Positions 1 to 14,110 of a stretch of 64,000 nucleotides of DNA are shown in pieces (positions within the stretch are counted from its first letter, which is position 1; each line of letters starts with the position of its first letter). The DNA lies in NCBI GenBank assembly GCA_021613535.1, contig CP075496.1, positions 14,818,001 through 14,882,000 on the forward strand, given 5' to 3'. Below the pieces are notes generated by a model. It did not search any database, was not told the origin of the DNA, and saw only the letters and a list, made by a program, of their open reading frames with translations. This stretch comes from Adineta vaga (lineage: Eukaryota > Animalia > Rotifera). The translations under genes were made by a program, and so were the position numbers.

Positions 1-99
1 TGGAAATTAGATGAGATTAGTATATTTAAACATTACAATAGATAAAAAGTTAATTTGAATTTTATTTTAGAAAATATTTCTTGATTATTGTTTACGTAT

Positions 100-1030
100 A
101 ATTTATGATAAAACCAATAGAACGGTATGGAATGCCTTCTTTTAACCCTTGTTATTCTAGTGTATCATCAAATGGATCTTCACTAATTAATTGCCAATGA
201 TCAAATAAACATTGTAAAATGCTTTCATTAGTTTGATTTAAATAAAGATCTTTAGTAAAATCTATAAATAAAACGAAATATGAACAAAATTCAATATTAT
301 ATAATTCTTATTAAATGATTTACAAACAAGTAAGTAAGCTTTAATTATCAATTGAGAATTGTCTATAAGATCATAATTATCTAAAATAAATATCAATAAT
401 TCATTTAATATTTTTTTACAATTTTAGTTAGAAAAACTTGTATTTCTGATAAATAAATTGGTTCGAAAAGTCTTAAATGAGCTGTGAGTATTACCGCATA
501 TATAACTCGTCGAATAGTTGAAATTATTTGTTCATCTCCTCGATGTATTTGAGGGTGGGTGTGTGAACATATCTTCTTCACACCCACCCTCAAGATGGTT
601 TTTATTGTACCATTTTTAATTAAATATTGATCAATATCAATTAAACCATAAATATTTCTATATGATCACTTGAATATTTATTATAAAAATATCATCTTTT
701 TTCCTTCATAAATTTTGAACTCATAAATCGTACTATTTGATTTGTATAAACAATAACAGAAAAGATACAACCAATAGGATAAAAACGATTTTTATTAGAT
801 TATCATACCATTTTTGAAATATAGATCATTAATGGACCATTATTTATTTCAGTACGATATTTTTGTACAATAATCGACGATGATAAATGAATAAGAAAAT
901 AGAAATGGTCTAAATATAATTATTTTTCTTATTAAATTCAATACATCGATAAATTTTATAAAGTATTGAAGATATTTGTTCTTATTACAAATTATTCTCG
1001 AATGATGCCGATTATTATTTATATCAAGAA
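100..1030 (-). pseudogene. EEF2: Degenerate, internally deleted elongation factor 2 (eEF2) copy
   Basis: Minus-strand fragments match eEF2 in collinear order: HLSSSIIVQKYRTE, GPLMIYISKMV, LIDIDQYLIKNGTIKT, IHRGDEQIISTIRRVIYAVILTAHLRLFEPIYLSEIQ (diphthamide loop IHRGGGQ), IKAYLLVCKSF, LQCLFDHWQLISEDPFD, GLKEGIP. Contains in-frame stops, frameshifts and large deletions. Ends approximate. Confidence 0.85.
549..593. repeat. Telomere-repeat-like mini hairpin at the eEF2 deletion junction
   Basis: TTGAGGGTGGGTGTGTGAA, short spacer, then TTCACACCCACCCTCAA. Confidence 0.85.
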
Positions 1031-1120
1031 ATGAAATATTCTAAGAAGTATTACAGAATTGTTTTTATTTAATAGAAAAGTATAATATCTACATCTATTT
1101 TCATAGATAAAATATACAAT

Positions 1121-1552
1121 TTAATTTTGAATAGCAGGTATATTTTGTCGTAAATCACCTTTAGCATCAATAAATAAGATTTGAAAAAGAATAAATAATG
1201 AATATCGTTCGATACTAATAGATTGATTATCTAACATTTTAATACTATTATTATCTAATCGTAATTCTTTAATGTCGAATTTTAATCGCTGATAAAATTC
1301 TCGTAATGTATTGGGTTGTTGAATACCTAATATTTGAAGACTAATAGATAAATCTGAAAATAAATTGTAATCATTGATATAACCACCACATTCTGTTGAT
1401 AGTTTTTCAATTTTTGATATAATACTATGACGATATTGAACTGATGCATAAGATGTAATATTTATTTTTTTCATTAGTAATATTTCATCAGATGATGAAT
1501 GTGAACATCGAAGATGAGAAATATAAATGAATAAGTTTTTGTTTAGAAACAT
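1121..1552 (-). CDS. Small intronless protein resembling uncharacterised bacterial proteins, with a possible N-terminal targeting extension
   Basis: ORF 1121-1576 stays open in very AT-rich DNA. The core (INITSYASVQYRHSIISKIE..GGYINDYNLFSDLSISLQI..F.DAKGDLRQNIPAI) recalls a bacterial hypothetical family from memory. Start taken at MFLNKN and uncertain. Confidence 0.55.
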   Translation of the reverse strand: MFLNKNLFIYISHLRCSHSSSDEILLMKKINITSYASVQYRHSIISKIEKLSTECGGYINDYNLFSDLSISLQILGIQQPNTLREFYQRLKFDIKELRLDNNSIKMLDNQSISIERYSLFILFQILFIDAKGDLRQNIPAIQN

Positions 1553-2743
1553 CTGACGATAACAAATCAGTTTCATTTAGTTAAATCTCTATGAAGTTAT
1601 GTACAAAAACTTAGCGATTCTTCTGTGCTTTCTGTCTGAATAGGAACTCATGCAATATCATGAAAGATCAATAGATGTCGTATAAGTCTGAACATTGATA
1701 CTATAGTTTGTATAGATATCATCTATAGAAAAAGATCATTCTTTCTCATCTAAAAGTAATAACTGTGAGAAAAAAAGAAAAGATTCTATACAACTATGGT
1801 TTGATAAAAATCAGAATAAAAATTTTTATTTTTCTTCTTTTCCTTACACCCACACTCACAAGATATTTGCGTTATTTTGATAAGCTTTTCAGTGTTATTG
1901 GAACATGTCCCATCTTAAGGTTGTAAGAAGTGGACAGTCTGTATTAAAATTAACAGCAAATTATGAAAATTCCATTGAGAAAAAGTAATTGTCTTTTACC
2001 AAATTTTTGTACCTTTACAGCTGGATGTTGCCAAAAGTCGAAATGTTGGTATTCAGCTCGATTTTAGTTCTTTAAACTCCAAAATAGAATTCGGTGACCT
2101 CTACACCTAAAAGACAAAAGATACAAAGAAGTAGAATTGTTTGATGCTATCTTCTGATAGCTGGCTGGAAAGGGGTATGTATATTTTTTTCGTAATAAAG
2201 CTCTCTTGTTCGCCTATGCCATCTACCTCTCTTTTATTCTTTATTTTTCAGAAGTTGGATAAACGAATCACCAATGGATTTTTTTTCAGTTCTGTTTATT
2301 TCTTTTTTCAACGCCAACATCATCTTAAAAAGAACTAATTTTATCAACTGTTTATTTAGACTTACTTCTTTCAGCTAAAATGTCATCAAATATTAGTTTC
2401 TATTTATGTATAACGAAAAGGTGAAACCGAGTTTTTTTTAAGGTAGCAAATATCTTGATTTCATATGAAATCGACATTCGTTTTTGTTTTTATATCTTCA
2501 TTATTCTTTCCCTTTTTTCCATCGTTATACTACAACTCGAACAGTACTAGATCATTGTATAAGATTAGAAAATAATTTCGTACTTTTCCAGCCTCATCTG
2601 CATCCTATTGTGTTTCTTGTATGGAAATGAAACAGAATATTTATATATATATATATCGCGAGATAAATGTTATGTCTCTTGAATTGTATTCTTAACTCTC
2701 TAGTTGATTCAGACAAGTAATCGGTGCTACATCATCAATCATT

Positions 2744-4260
2744 ATGTATGTATGACATTTATATTGAAAATACTTTTTACGCTGTAAATTTTGAATAGGG
2801 ATCCACGATTCAGCGATGAAGGTCTTGCTTTTATTAATCTAATAATGCAATCACCTCCACCAGAAAACAAATTCGATGTCAAAGCAAATCGCGAGCTATC
2901 AGAATCGCTGCATGCGAATGTTAACCAAAAACTTATTGAAACTTTCAAGGGAACTCAAAAAGACGAGCTAGTCAATGCCAATTCAACAGGTAGATATTAG
3001 AGATATTCTTTATCGAGAGATATAGTTTCAAACTCATCTATCATCTATACAGAGATCCCAATAACTATTTATACACCTGTCGATGTCGATACGACGAAGC
3101 TTGTGATATTTTTTCATGGTGGAGGTAAAGACGAATGATTTTTACGTGAAATATTTAACAAAGAATCGATTTTCTCTTGAGAATAGGTTGGACAGTAAAT
3201 AGTCGGCGCACACATCAAACAATGGTCAACATGATTGCAGAGTAATAAGAAATTTTCGGTTTACTCTATTGATTGTATTTATTGAATTTTCAGTGCTACA
3301 AAAACCATTTGGATTAATGTAGAATATCGTCTCGGACCAGAATATAAATTTCCCATTTGGTGGAATGATGTTTATGAAGTAACTAAATATATTATTGAAA
3401 ACAAACAATCTTATGGTTGTATTCATCATTCAAATTTCATGTTAGAACTTCTCTTCTTTATTCTAAGGTGTCGATTCATCAGCTAAAATAGGCGTTGCTG
3501 GTGAAAGTTGTGGCTCTTCAATGAGTGCAGCGCTATGTCATACACTAAAAAATATTGATTTTCAGGTAGAATTCAAATTTATATGATTGAACAAGATTTT
3601 TGTTTCATTGACAGGAAGATAATTTAAAGTAGTTTATGTTTTTTGGTTGAATAAATTTATTTTACAATATGAATATAAGATTTTTCTTTTGACGATAAAT
3701 AGATCTTGTTCTATGGCATTCTTGATCTTAATCGGACAGCACCATCATACAAAGAATTTGTTCAACCAATGTATTTTCTGACGCCGGAAACGTTAGATTG
3801 GTAAGTAACGCATCTGCTATATGATATATATTCTTATCTATCTTATAGGTTAACAGCGTCAGCCTTTGATGATATGAAAGATTTAAATGATCCTCGTGTT
3901 TCTGTATTGCTGAATAATTCTTTCGAGGGTTTACCACCATGCTTGTTGATCGCTGCTGAACTAGATCCATTGCGCGACGATAGCTACGGTACAGAACATT
4001 AGTCAGAATGAGAATGTATAAATCTTGTTTTGTTATATGATATTTAGCATATCAAAAAGTTCTCGATAAAGCTGGTGTTAAGAACAAACTAGTACTCATT
4101 AAAGGTGTTCTCCATGGATTCTTCTCTGTCCCAGGTAAGACAAAACTAAACGTTGTTAATTCTTTGTTAAATCTTATCATTCTTTTCTAACACAGGTATT
4201 TATCCAAAAGCCTGTGCTGAGGCGATTGATAAAATCAAAGAATTTATGACTTCACTATGA
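2744..4260 (+). CDS. Alpha/beta hydrolase, hormone-sensitive-lipase (family IV) esterase; multi-exon
   Basis: Spliced motifs FFHGGGW, VEYRLGPEYKFP, GVAGESCG (nucleophile GxSxG), AELDPLRDD (Asp) and GVLHGFFS (His). Short GT-AG introns; stop TGA at 4258-4260. Confidence 0.88.
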
Positions 4261-4732
4261 GACTGTACTGGTGAGAGCATCAAATGGAATTGAAAACTTT
4301 ACTTTTTTTTAAAACAGAAAAACTTCTCGTTTATCAATAAAAGATTATTTTAGATTTCCTTTTCCAATGTCTGCAAAGTACTTCACACTGAACAATCACG
4401 AGGGTAAGAGGGTCGATTATAATCTATTACAGCACCGAAAACAATCGATTGTAATACATTTTTTCATTTTTCATCTATTAAAATCAATTGTATGATGAAA
4501 AATAACAGAAACTGATCCGGGCTATACTCTTAATCACACCCACCCACACCCTCAATAATACATTAGAGCTAATATGATCAGGTAGCAAGAGTGTCTAGTA
4601 CTATTGGGATTAATGAACCCCAAAACTATTCATCTACATAGGTTGATCAAATGAATATATCAACGCTTATATCTTTATTTCTACTGAAAAAGAAATATAT
4701 TTTTATCTAAAAAAGTTAAAGGATGATCTTTA

Positions 4733-7700
4733 TCAGTTATTTTGAGTAGTAAGCATTTTATAGTATATTCCACGTTTTTGTACCAATTCTGTATGTGTAC
4801 CAGTTTCTACTATGCGTCCGTTATCAATTACACAAATTGAATCACATGAACGAATAGTTGAAAGACGATGAGCAATAATAATTGATGTTCGAGTAGGATC
4901 ATCTGTTTGAGCTTGTTCAAGAGCTGCTTGTACAATCTATAACAGAAATAATAAACATGTGAAAAAAAGCAAAAAATTTTACTTGTTCATTAGATGAATC
5001 CAAAGCACTTGTAGCTTCATCTAATAACAATACTTTAGGTTGTCGAAGAAGAACTCGAGCAATAGCAATACGTTGCTTTTCACCACCAGATAAGAAACAA
5101 CCTTTCGCTCCTACGTTTGTATTATAACCCTAAATATATAAGATAGTAAAATTGAACAATCAATATTATTATTTATAATATTTTAACCTGTGGTAATTGT
5201 TGAATAAATTCATGAATACTAGCTTTCATTGCAGCATTAATAATATCATCCATTGGAATATTTTCTAATCCATATGTTATGTTTTCTGCAATCGTCAAAT
5301 CAAATAAAATCGGTTCTTGACTTACAAGACCCAAACGTGAACGAAGCCATTGAAGATTTAATTGTCGAATATCAATACCATCAAACAACTAGTTTCAAAT
5401 AATTATTTTAATTATATGTTCAAGAACAAATATACTAACTAATCGACCACGTGTTGTATCGTAAAAACGCTCTAATAATTGAATGATTGTTGATTTTCCA
5501 CCTCCAGATGTTCCTAAATAGATCATATTATACACTTAACAACTAGAAAAAACTGAAGCTAATTAAAAACATACCGACAATAGCTATTCGTTGACCTTAA
5601 TATCAAAGAATAAAAATAAAATTGAATTTTATGTATAAAACAAAATATATAATATTTACCTGGTTTAATGTGTAATTGAAGCTTATCAAGAATAAGAACA
5701 GCTGGTCGAGATGGATAAACAAATTTAACCTGTTCAAATTGTATTTCTCCACGAAAATTAGTCTACATCATTCTAGTATGTTAATATTGACAATAGGACC
5801 TGATATATTCTCTTACTAGTTCTTGTCCTTTACTAGATGTATTATCCATAGCTGGATTTCGATCAAATAAATCAAAGAAAACTTCAGCAGAAGACATCGA
5901 TGCACCAATACGCTGAGCTCTAAAATACGAATAAAATAATAAACAAGAAATTATTAGTTAAATCTTTTACAGCATTCCGACGATCTTCAATGATTGTGTC
6001 ATAAACATGGCAAAAGAAAAAACGCTATAAAAATAAGAAAAGAAAGGTTATGTGTAGATCACTAAAATAATTCTTGTCATTACTATATAATGTTATGCGT
6101 ATCCAATTCACCATTTTCGACAAGAATAAGAGCACGCCAATAGAGAAATCCCAACATTAATGGATCTGTTGCCCAGTAAATACCAAAAAATAATGCTGTT
6201 AACATATCAGATTTACAAGATAATCTATTTAAAAGAAAACAAATATATATATGTAAGAATTACTGATAAGACGGACGCTAATGCTTTATGAATTATTTCA
6301 GAATATCGACGTAACATTTCCTTTTCAGCAGATAATTGTTTTACTGTACGCATATTTTGAAGAACATCAGCAGCAAGCTAAAATAAAAGCAAAATGCATT
6401 GAACTACGAATATTAAATTTATCAAATAATGTATAATAAAAGCGACAAATTGATTTTACCGCGCTTGCTTCTCCTTGCATAATATTCAGTCGATCCATTA
6501 GTGATTTACATGAATATATATGTATTAAACCAAAAACAGTTAAAAGAATCATAGGTAGAAATATGATTACTGTTAATTGCACATTGAACAGAAGACCAAA
6601 TAGTACACCAAAACCAGTCAACGCGAAAGCTTCACAGATTACTCCTAATCTCACACCGGCTACATCCTGAATGGCTGCTGCACCAGAAGACAGGCGAGCA
6701 CCTATGGTACCCGAACTATTTTCAGGTCGATCAAAATAGGCAACTTCTTGACGAAGTAAACAGGCAAATGCTTTTGCACGAATACGTTTTATTAATTTTG
6801 AGCCTGCTATGGCAAACGCTGTGCTCTAAAGATAAGAAAATCAATAAATTATAAATTTAAATTGGAACAAATATTATTACCTCAAGAAAACGTATAATCA
6901 ACAGAAAAACACCCAAAAAGAAAAATACAAGGCTTGAATATAATACTCGTTGACGTATATTAGATAAATGACAACCTTTGAATGACTATAGAAAAAAGAG
7001 ATTTCACAGAAGAATATTTACATTAATCAAACACTCACGTGAATTATCTCAGCCAATAAAATTGCAAACAATGGTTGACATATTCCAGCTATTAAACATG
7101 CTACACAAGCAATTACAATAGTTAACCATTCTGAACTATTCATTGATAAAAGCCTTAAAAAAATGGATTGTTTTTTTGGTGATATTGATTCTCTCTATGA
7201 AAAAAAAGGAGAATAAATTATTTGCAATGCTATTTATCACTTATTCGAGATTTTATTTGTACCTTATCCATGTCGACAAGTTCACCTTCACTTAATAAAC
7301 GATTTCGTTCTGCTATATATAAGAAGGTACAAATAATAACAGTAATAAATTCTAAAGTTTTAGCGTACCCATCTGTGGATCATCTTGTTCTGATATTCTT
7401 TCCATGATTATTCTATCATCATCATAATCATTATCCTCAGTCATTCCTTGCATTTGTTGTTTTTTTACCATAGTTTGATATTTTCCTTCTTCTTTCGTCA
7501 TTAATATTTCATGTTTTCCTTCTTCAATTACACTTCCTCGGTCTAATACATAAATTTGATCAGCATTTTGAATTGTACTTAAACGATGAGCAATAACAAT
7601 AGTAGTACGATCTATAGCATATAAGAAGAGTATGATTAATAAATACTAAACAATTAACTATGATTACTTTTGCATGCACGATCAAGTGCTTCCTGAACAA

Positions 7701-10700
7701 TTTTTTCACTAACATTATCAAGTGCACTTGTTGCTTCATCTAATAACAGTATAGAAGGTTGTTTAACAAGAGCACGAGCTAACGCAATACGTTGTTTTTC
7801 ACCACCACTCATTTGTATACCCCGTTCACCCACAAGTGTTTCATATTTCTAAATAAAATGAATCCATATGTACATAGATTAAGTAAAATATTAAATACAA
7901 ACATCTGGTAATTTCATAATAAAATTATGTGCATTAGCTTCTCGTGCTGCTTCTTCAATTTCTTTACGCGTCGCATTTAGTTTACCAAGACGAATATTTT
8001 CATAAATACTCATACCAAATAAAATCTAGTTCAATATCACATTAATCATGTCAAAAAAAAAGAAATAAAAATAACATACAGGTTCTTGACTAACAACTCC
8101 AATACTTTTTCTAAGTTGTTTAATAGTAAAATCTGTTATCGGCCGACCATCGATTGTAATTCGGCCCGATGAAGGTTCATAAAGACGGAGGAGAAGTGAC
8201 ATACATGTACTTTTTCCTAATTTTTATATTACAATCCTATTTTTTTAATTAAAAAAAAATCTACCTGAACCACTTGAACCAACGAGAGCAGTTCTTTGAT
8301 TAGAACGAGCAATAAAATTAAGATTTTTTAAAACTGTTACATCTTTTCGTGATATATAAGCTAAATTAACATTATCAAATTGAATATCACCGATAATATC
8401 AGGAATCGATTCTTCATCCAATAAATCTTCTGCCAATATTTCTTTTTCATTTATATTTGGATCATGTCCCTGTATTGAAGAAAAGTCAAAAGAAATAATA
8501 GATCTCTCAATAGAAGATTTTTTTAATTGCATTTACTTCATCGGTGAGCTGGAATACAGATACTGCAGCACCTCGAGCTTCTGATAATGACTGGAAGAAA
8601 GGACCAATCATGCCGAAATACCCAACACATTCCGCAAACATAATAACAACCTATACGAAAACCAAATTACTACTTGTTGTCTTGTATATTTATGTTTTAA
8701 TTTACATACAATAAGTATATTAGAGAGATTGAATTCATGTTTTCCATAGGACATGAGTATAGAACCAAAGATAAAGCCAAGTGCGAAAACTAAGTATGTT
8801 GTCAGAGATAACCAACCGTTAAAGACACCATAAACAGCACCTTTTCTAATACTACTCCAACATGTTGGGTCTAATTCTTTTTCATATCTAAAATGCAGTA
8901 CTAGTCATGCAATTTCTTTCAATATATTCATTTACCGCTGTCTTTCAAATTTTGTGCCATTAAGTGAGAAAACGGTTCGCACTGAACTGAACACTTCTTG
9001 AACGATATGTCCAGCTTTTGAATATGTTCTTAATTCATTTTCTGTTTCACTAGCAACTAACTAGAATAATTTTATAATAACAACGAAAATATTTTTTTAA
9101 TTCATACTCTAGAAAATATCACTGAACCAGTTATAACAATAGGTATAATAAAAGACATAATCAAAGACAATTCCCAATTGATGAAGAAAGACATAGTTAG
9201 ACTGAAGACCATGCACAATAATATTCCAAAGATAATGAAGAATTCAAAACCAATACCCTTCTCAATCGTCGTAATATTACTAAGAAAGAAAGTAACTTCA
9301 TAACAGTTGCTTCATATGACATATTGCAACAGCTTACGTGAATAAGTTCGAATTAAATTTATCACTCGGATTTGTGTCCAAATATTCTATTTTCTAAAAA
9401 TGACAAAAAGAGATAAACCGTTTTTCTTTACCAATAATTTAGAAACTATATGAATAAAATATTTGACTTACACGTTGAAGAAGTGATTCAAAGAGTAAAA
9501 TATTCATACGAGTCGTTTGCCGTTTTACAGAAATCGTCCAAAACAAATATTCAAGGGCAGAAGCCGCCCATAGAACAAATCCAATAACTACATTGATATA
9601 AGGAAAAAGTTAATTATTCATCTTATTCCAATTAACTTACTTAATAACCAATGAACTATAACCATAACTTTTTCTCGAAGTGAAGTTCCTGTTAAAGCTA
9701 TTGTTGACGATACTATCGTAGTATCGTTATGACAAAACCTATGGAGCGTAAAAATAAAATAAATAATATCACTAAATATAACTGTTCTAAAATTAATTAC
9801 TTATGTAGTCGTTCATAATTGAATGCGTTAAGTTCAATTCCTGGCAGACAATCATTAAGATTACTAGCTACAGTTGTCAAGTTTTCATAATCGTTATGAC
9901 AATTATTATCAAATGATTCAATAGCAAATATGCCAGTAATTTTACCAAAAAGAGCCAAGTTACCAATTACACACGCTGCATGTATTATTACGAAAAGAAA
10001 GCTAATGGCCATGAGAGCAATATCATAATTGTCCACATGTCGAAACTACAATAAAACAGTCGATTGGTGAATGTCAAAAAAAGTTGAGTTTTCAAATAAA
10101 TTTTATTTATTCATTTATCCTGATTTATTTACCAGCTTCGCAATACCAATATACTTATATTTTTCAGTATTCTTAGTTTCATCATCTATCTTCTGATATC
10201 TTGAATCTCTTCTCGCTCCATTAAAACATTGACGCCAATCAGCAAAACTATAAAAACATATAATAAATGGATCATATTTTTTTCATAGAAATTAAATATT
10301 ATATACGTAATGAAAGTTAGCAGCGGATTCGAGTATTTCCTGCTGATATTCGCTTGTGGACTTGTGATGGATGTAGAATTCAATTCTCTATCGAGTGGTG
10401 TAGTTTTCAAAAAGGTTTGTCGGAGGAAGAGGGGCGTGAGGGGAAGGGTCACAGCATATCCCAGTATTTGGGCCAACCTCTCCCCCCTTTTTCCTCCGAC
10501 AAACCTTTTTGAAAACTACACCATTCGATAGAGAATTGAATTCTGCATCCATCACAACCAATTATAGACTCATCACAGATGTAGGGGCGAATATCATCAA
10601 GGATTACTGATTGGAAATGACTCTCAAATACCAGTATTTCGGTCAAAACCCCCAATTTTACCTCGACAACCCCTAATAAAAAGTATACCATTCGATGCAG

Positions 10701-10920
10701 GATTTAATTCTACATCCATCACAACCACTTATAGACTCATCACAAGTCCACAAGCGAATATCAGCAGGAAATACTCGAATCCGCTGCTAACTTTTATTAC
10801 GTATATTATATTATACCTGTTCGATGCAACTTTCTTGTTATCTGTAATATTCTCGTCACCATCATCCTCATTATCAAGTAATTTAGATGTTGCCTTCAAC
10901 AGAGGTTGTTTATCACTCAT
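4733..10920 (-). CDS. ABCB1: Full-length ABCB / P-glycoprotein-type exporter (TMD-NBD-TMD-NBD) with many short introns
   Basis: Two NBDs: GSSGSGKST with [15 protein letters not shown] and [11 protein letters not shown], and GTSGGGKST with [15 protein letters not shown] and [19 protein letters not shown] occurs twice, TM segments lie between, ATG at 10920 (MSDKQPLL), TGA at 4733-4735. Includes a 21-nt micro-exon (5575-5595). Confidence 0.92.
10304..10803. mobile_element. MITE (TA target duplication, Tc1/mariner-type) in ABCB intron 1
   Basis: ~66-bp terminal inverted repeats TACGTAAT(G/A)AAAGTTAGCAGCGGATTCGAGTATTTCCTGCTGATATTCGCTTGTGGACTTGTGATG, with TA on both flanks. Confidence 0.85.
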
Positions 10921-11668
10921 TTGATACCGTTTTGTGAAACACGATCTAAAAGAGAATGCTGAAGTGTTTAAGGGCAGAGATTTGGACACCTACTCCCCAT
11001 CAGATATGACCAACAGAGTGAAAAATTCATTGCTGAATTTAATAAACAATGTTTTCTCGATTTACCGAAGTAAATTTCAGAGAAAACGTTGGTTTTATAC
11101 TTAAAAAAAACGAAAGACATGTGCGCATACTCTAGTTATCGTGAAGAGTGATTCGATAATGAGCGCTTCACTGATTTCACACTATCTACTTTCTTTTTCT
11201 GTGCATTAATTAAACGAAAAGGTATATTCAATAGAGCATGCCTCCAGATATTACAGGTAATACAATACACAAGTATTAGCACATTTAGAAGGTATGCGTT
11301 GAATGTGGCCGTATCCTATTCAATTCTGTTTCCACTTTTTCCAAGTTATATATTTTTAAAGAAAAGATAAAAATTGTCTTTTGTGGACTTCAAGTCGTGA
11401 TTTTTACCTAAATCGCATCCAGTCACAAAAATTCTAGATCTATCATTCTATTCAAGATATATTATTTATGTATATATATGTCTACTCTCCACACGTGTTA
11501 TATGCAGATGTTACGATATTGCATTAGACAGAAATGACGATACATCCGATTATTGATAAAGACAAGACATTGTAGTTATTTTTGTAAGAAAACAACTGTA
11601 ATCTATCGTCCTTCCCGTCCATGTAGAATAAGAACTCACATAATAATATAACCCATCTCAAATGGTGT

Positions 11669-11720
11669 AGGGTGTGGGTGTGAATGTGAAAGAAGAAGAG
11701 ATGCACCCACTCACACTCTC
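11669..11720. repeat. Telomere-repeat-like mini hairpin
   Basis: AGGGTGTGGGTGTGAA...CACCCACTCACACTCTC. Confidence 0.7.
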
Positions 11721-12574
11721 TTTTTCAAAAAATGTTTTTCTTTATTAAATCTAAGTCTAATAAGAGAATTTCAACCGAAAGTTTTTGTACAGATCAATAT
11801 TTCATGGAACCCCATGACATAAAATAAAAGATTTAGTATGAATGTTTATCTTTAATCGCTTATTTACTTAAATAAAGTTTTTTTAATTAAAATCCAAATT
11901 GAAGAAAAAGAAAAAGAAGAAGTTTTCTTTCTCTTAACCCAATAAAATCATTCGATTATTTTCAATTCATTTGATATTTTCTAAGAAGTAAATTTCATTT
12001 TATTATCTCCTCGTTTAATTCATAAGTCGTCTACTTTTTAAGATTAACTCATTTCGATCTGATGTTTTCTCTTTCAAATGAAACTTTTTTCGATCATTCT
12101 TCTCATTGATTCGTTCTATTTATGTTACTAAATGAAGAAAGACAAAGTCGATATAGATTCCATTTGATTACCCATGTGAAAAAAATTTCACTCTATACAC
12201 GTTTCTTTTTAGAACGCACCCAAACGTGTTTAAGTTTTTGAAAAAAATTCTTCTATTTGCGCAGATTTGACCTACGTCATCATCACGTTCACATGATGAT
12301 CATCCCTCTTTCACAAAGTAGCGAATTGAACAATTATTTAGTTTTTATACATACAGTTGAATTGCACGACGAGTCAGACTAGAATATAGGACGTTTGATT
12401 ATAAGTCTACATAATTGAACCAATTAACTAAATAGACTTATCTATATATCAGTTAGATGTCTGTTTTAATGAAATTGTCTTTTGAACTTATTTGAAATCA
12501 AACAAGAAGTACAGAAAAGCATAGATATGCAGGTTGATGCTCTTACTTTTGTTCAGTTGTTTTTCGTCTGCTCT

Positions 12575-13340
12575 GTTACAGCAAACTTTCAAAAAGTCTT
12601 TTTTATATGTTTGATTAGAACATCGGTTACTCTATCGCGACATGGAACTCCCAGTTTTTTTTTTATAAAATACCATAGTTTTGAGCGATTTCGCGGTGCT
12701 CCGCGCGTATAATTTACAGTCGAAATTGATATTACCGTGGAGAGTATATCATGAATTTTATATGAAATGAAACTCCGTCAAAAATGTATTTTACTAGTAC
12801 TAAATAGCGAGGGTTATGCGAACTTTTTCAAAAGTTTGGTGCGCTTGCTAGGTGTGAAAAGTTGATGAATTTGCAGTTGAGCACTAGAGACAATTTTTTT
12901 ATTTTAAATGTGTTTACATGGTTTGATAGATCTCAAGGAGCTCTACAACCTGTAACGTATTGAAAAATTTGAAGTTGTTTGGTTAGATAAAGTATTTAAA
13001 ACCTAGTCTTTTTTGTCTGAAAGCAAAATGCAAACTTTTTCAGTATTATTAGCCTTTCGCGTTAGTTTCACTACGTTAAATGTTTTAACGCATACAATGA
13101 ACGTATTTCGTAACATCTCAGATAACACAAGTAATAAAAATGTGATTTTAGTTTAAAAGAACTTAGTATTTTAGCGAAAGTAATTCTGCAAAAACGTTTT
13201 TTAGTAGTTTTTAACGATTCATCAAATTTTTGGACTGGAACGAAAGAAGAAAGAATGGGAATTAAATGTCTCGACAGGGTAATCGACGATATATTCAAAC
13301 AATCAAGATAGAAGCTTTTTGAAGATTTGCCGAAACACAT
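12575..13340. mobile_element. Old, diverged MITE-like inverted repeat
   Basis: 12575-12660 is a degenerate reverse complement of 13250-13340 (GCAAA.TT.CAAAAAG...TCG.TTAC.CT.TCG.GACAT..AA.TCCCA). Confidence 0.45.
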
Positions 13341-13924
13341 ATTCTAAAAACATAAATTAATGTGGCTGAACTCATAAAAAGGTTTCGTATGTGTTTAAGA
13401 GATCACTCATGCATGACGCCAAGGAACATTCGTAGTGCTCGTTAAAAAATTTTTCAGTCAATATTCTCACTTTGTTCAGGATCATCTAAGACTTCTGAAT
13501 TCAAACTTTTAGCGAATTTGGTTGGCCCAAAAGAAGATTAGGCTTAATTGACTTTTCCATCATTCCGAGAAGGTCTTAAAAAAAAGATAAAAAATTGTAT
13601 AAAATGCTTTAGAGTTTTAATTGAAAATAAGAATATTTATTCATATCTGATTATTTACTGAAGAAAAATTTAGTACATTCTTTTGTTATGTTTATTCTAA
13701 TCTTTTATGAAGATAATATTTGGAAGAATATCATATAATCATTATTGAATTTTTGATATAGTATATAACATCGAGGTGTTATTATATTTGAATCTATTTC
13801 TTGTGGTGAAGAAGTTTATCAACGTGATCCTATGACGTGTTCCTATTATACTCGTTCAGAAAATGATCTACGTAATAAATTTACACGTGAAGAATTATCA
13901 AAACATCTGATTTTATTCGAAATT

Positions 13925-14110
13925 CCATCTTGATGATGGTCAACTGTTACTTGTAGAATCGTAGATTTCAGCTGTTTTTATATATTGATTAAAATAATAA
14001 TCACTAGTCGCCTAAGATCCAGATTCGACTTTATTACTACATCTATATCTTCCTGTGATGATGACACGACCATTAAGAAGAACAGTTGATGTGTGTTGAA
14101 CCGAGTTTAT
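13925..14110 (-). pseudogene. Kelch-repeat gene remnant
   Basis: HTSTVLLNGRVIITG followed by KTAEIYDSTSNS*, resembling the kelch consensus HTASVL.NGKVLVTGG..SAELYDPSTGTW. Confidence 0.45.

Noticed and set aside
10186-10691. Short ORFs sharing [19 protein letters not shown]
   Set aside because: They are translations of the MITE TIRs in ABCB intron 1.
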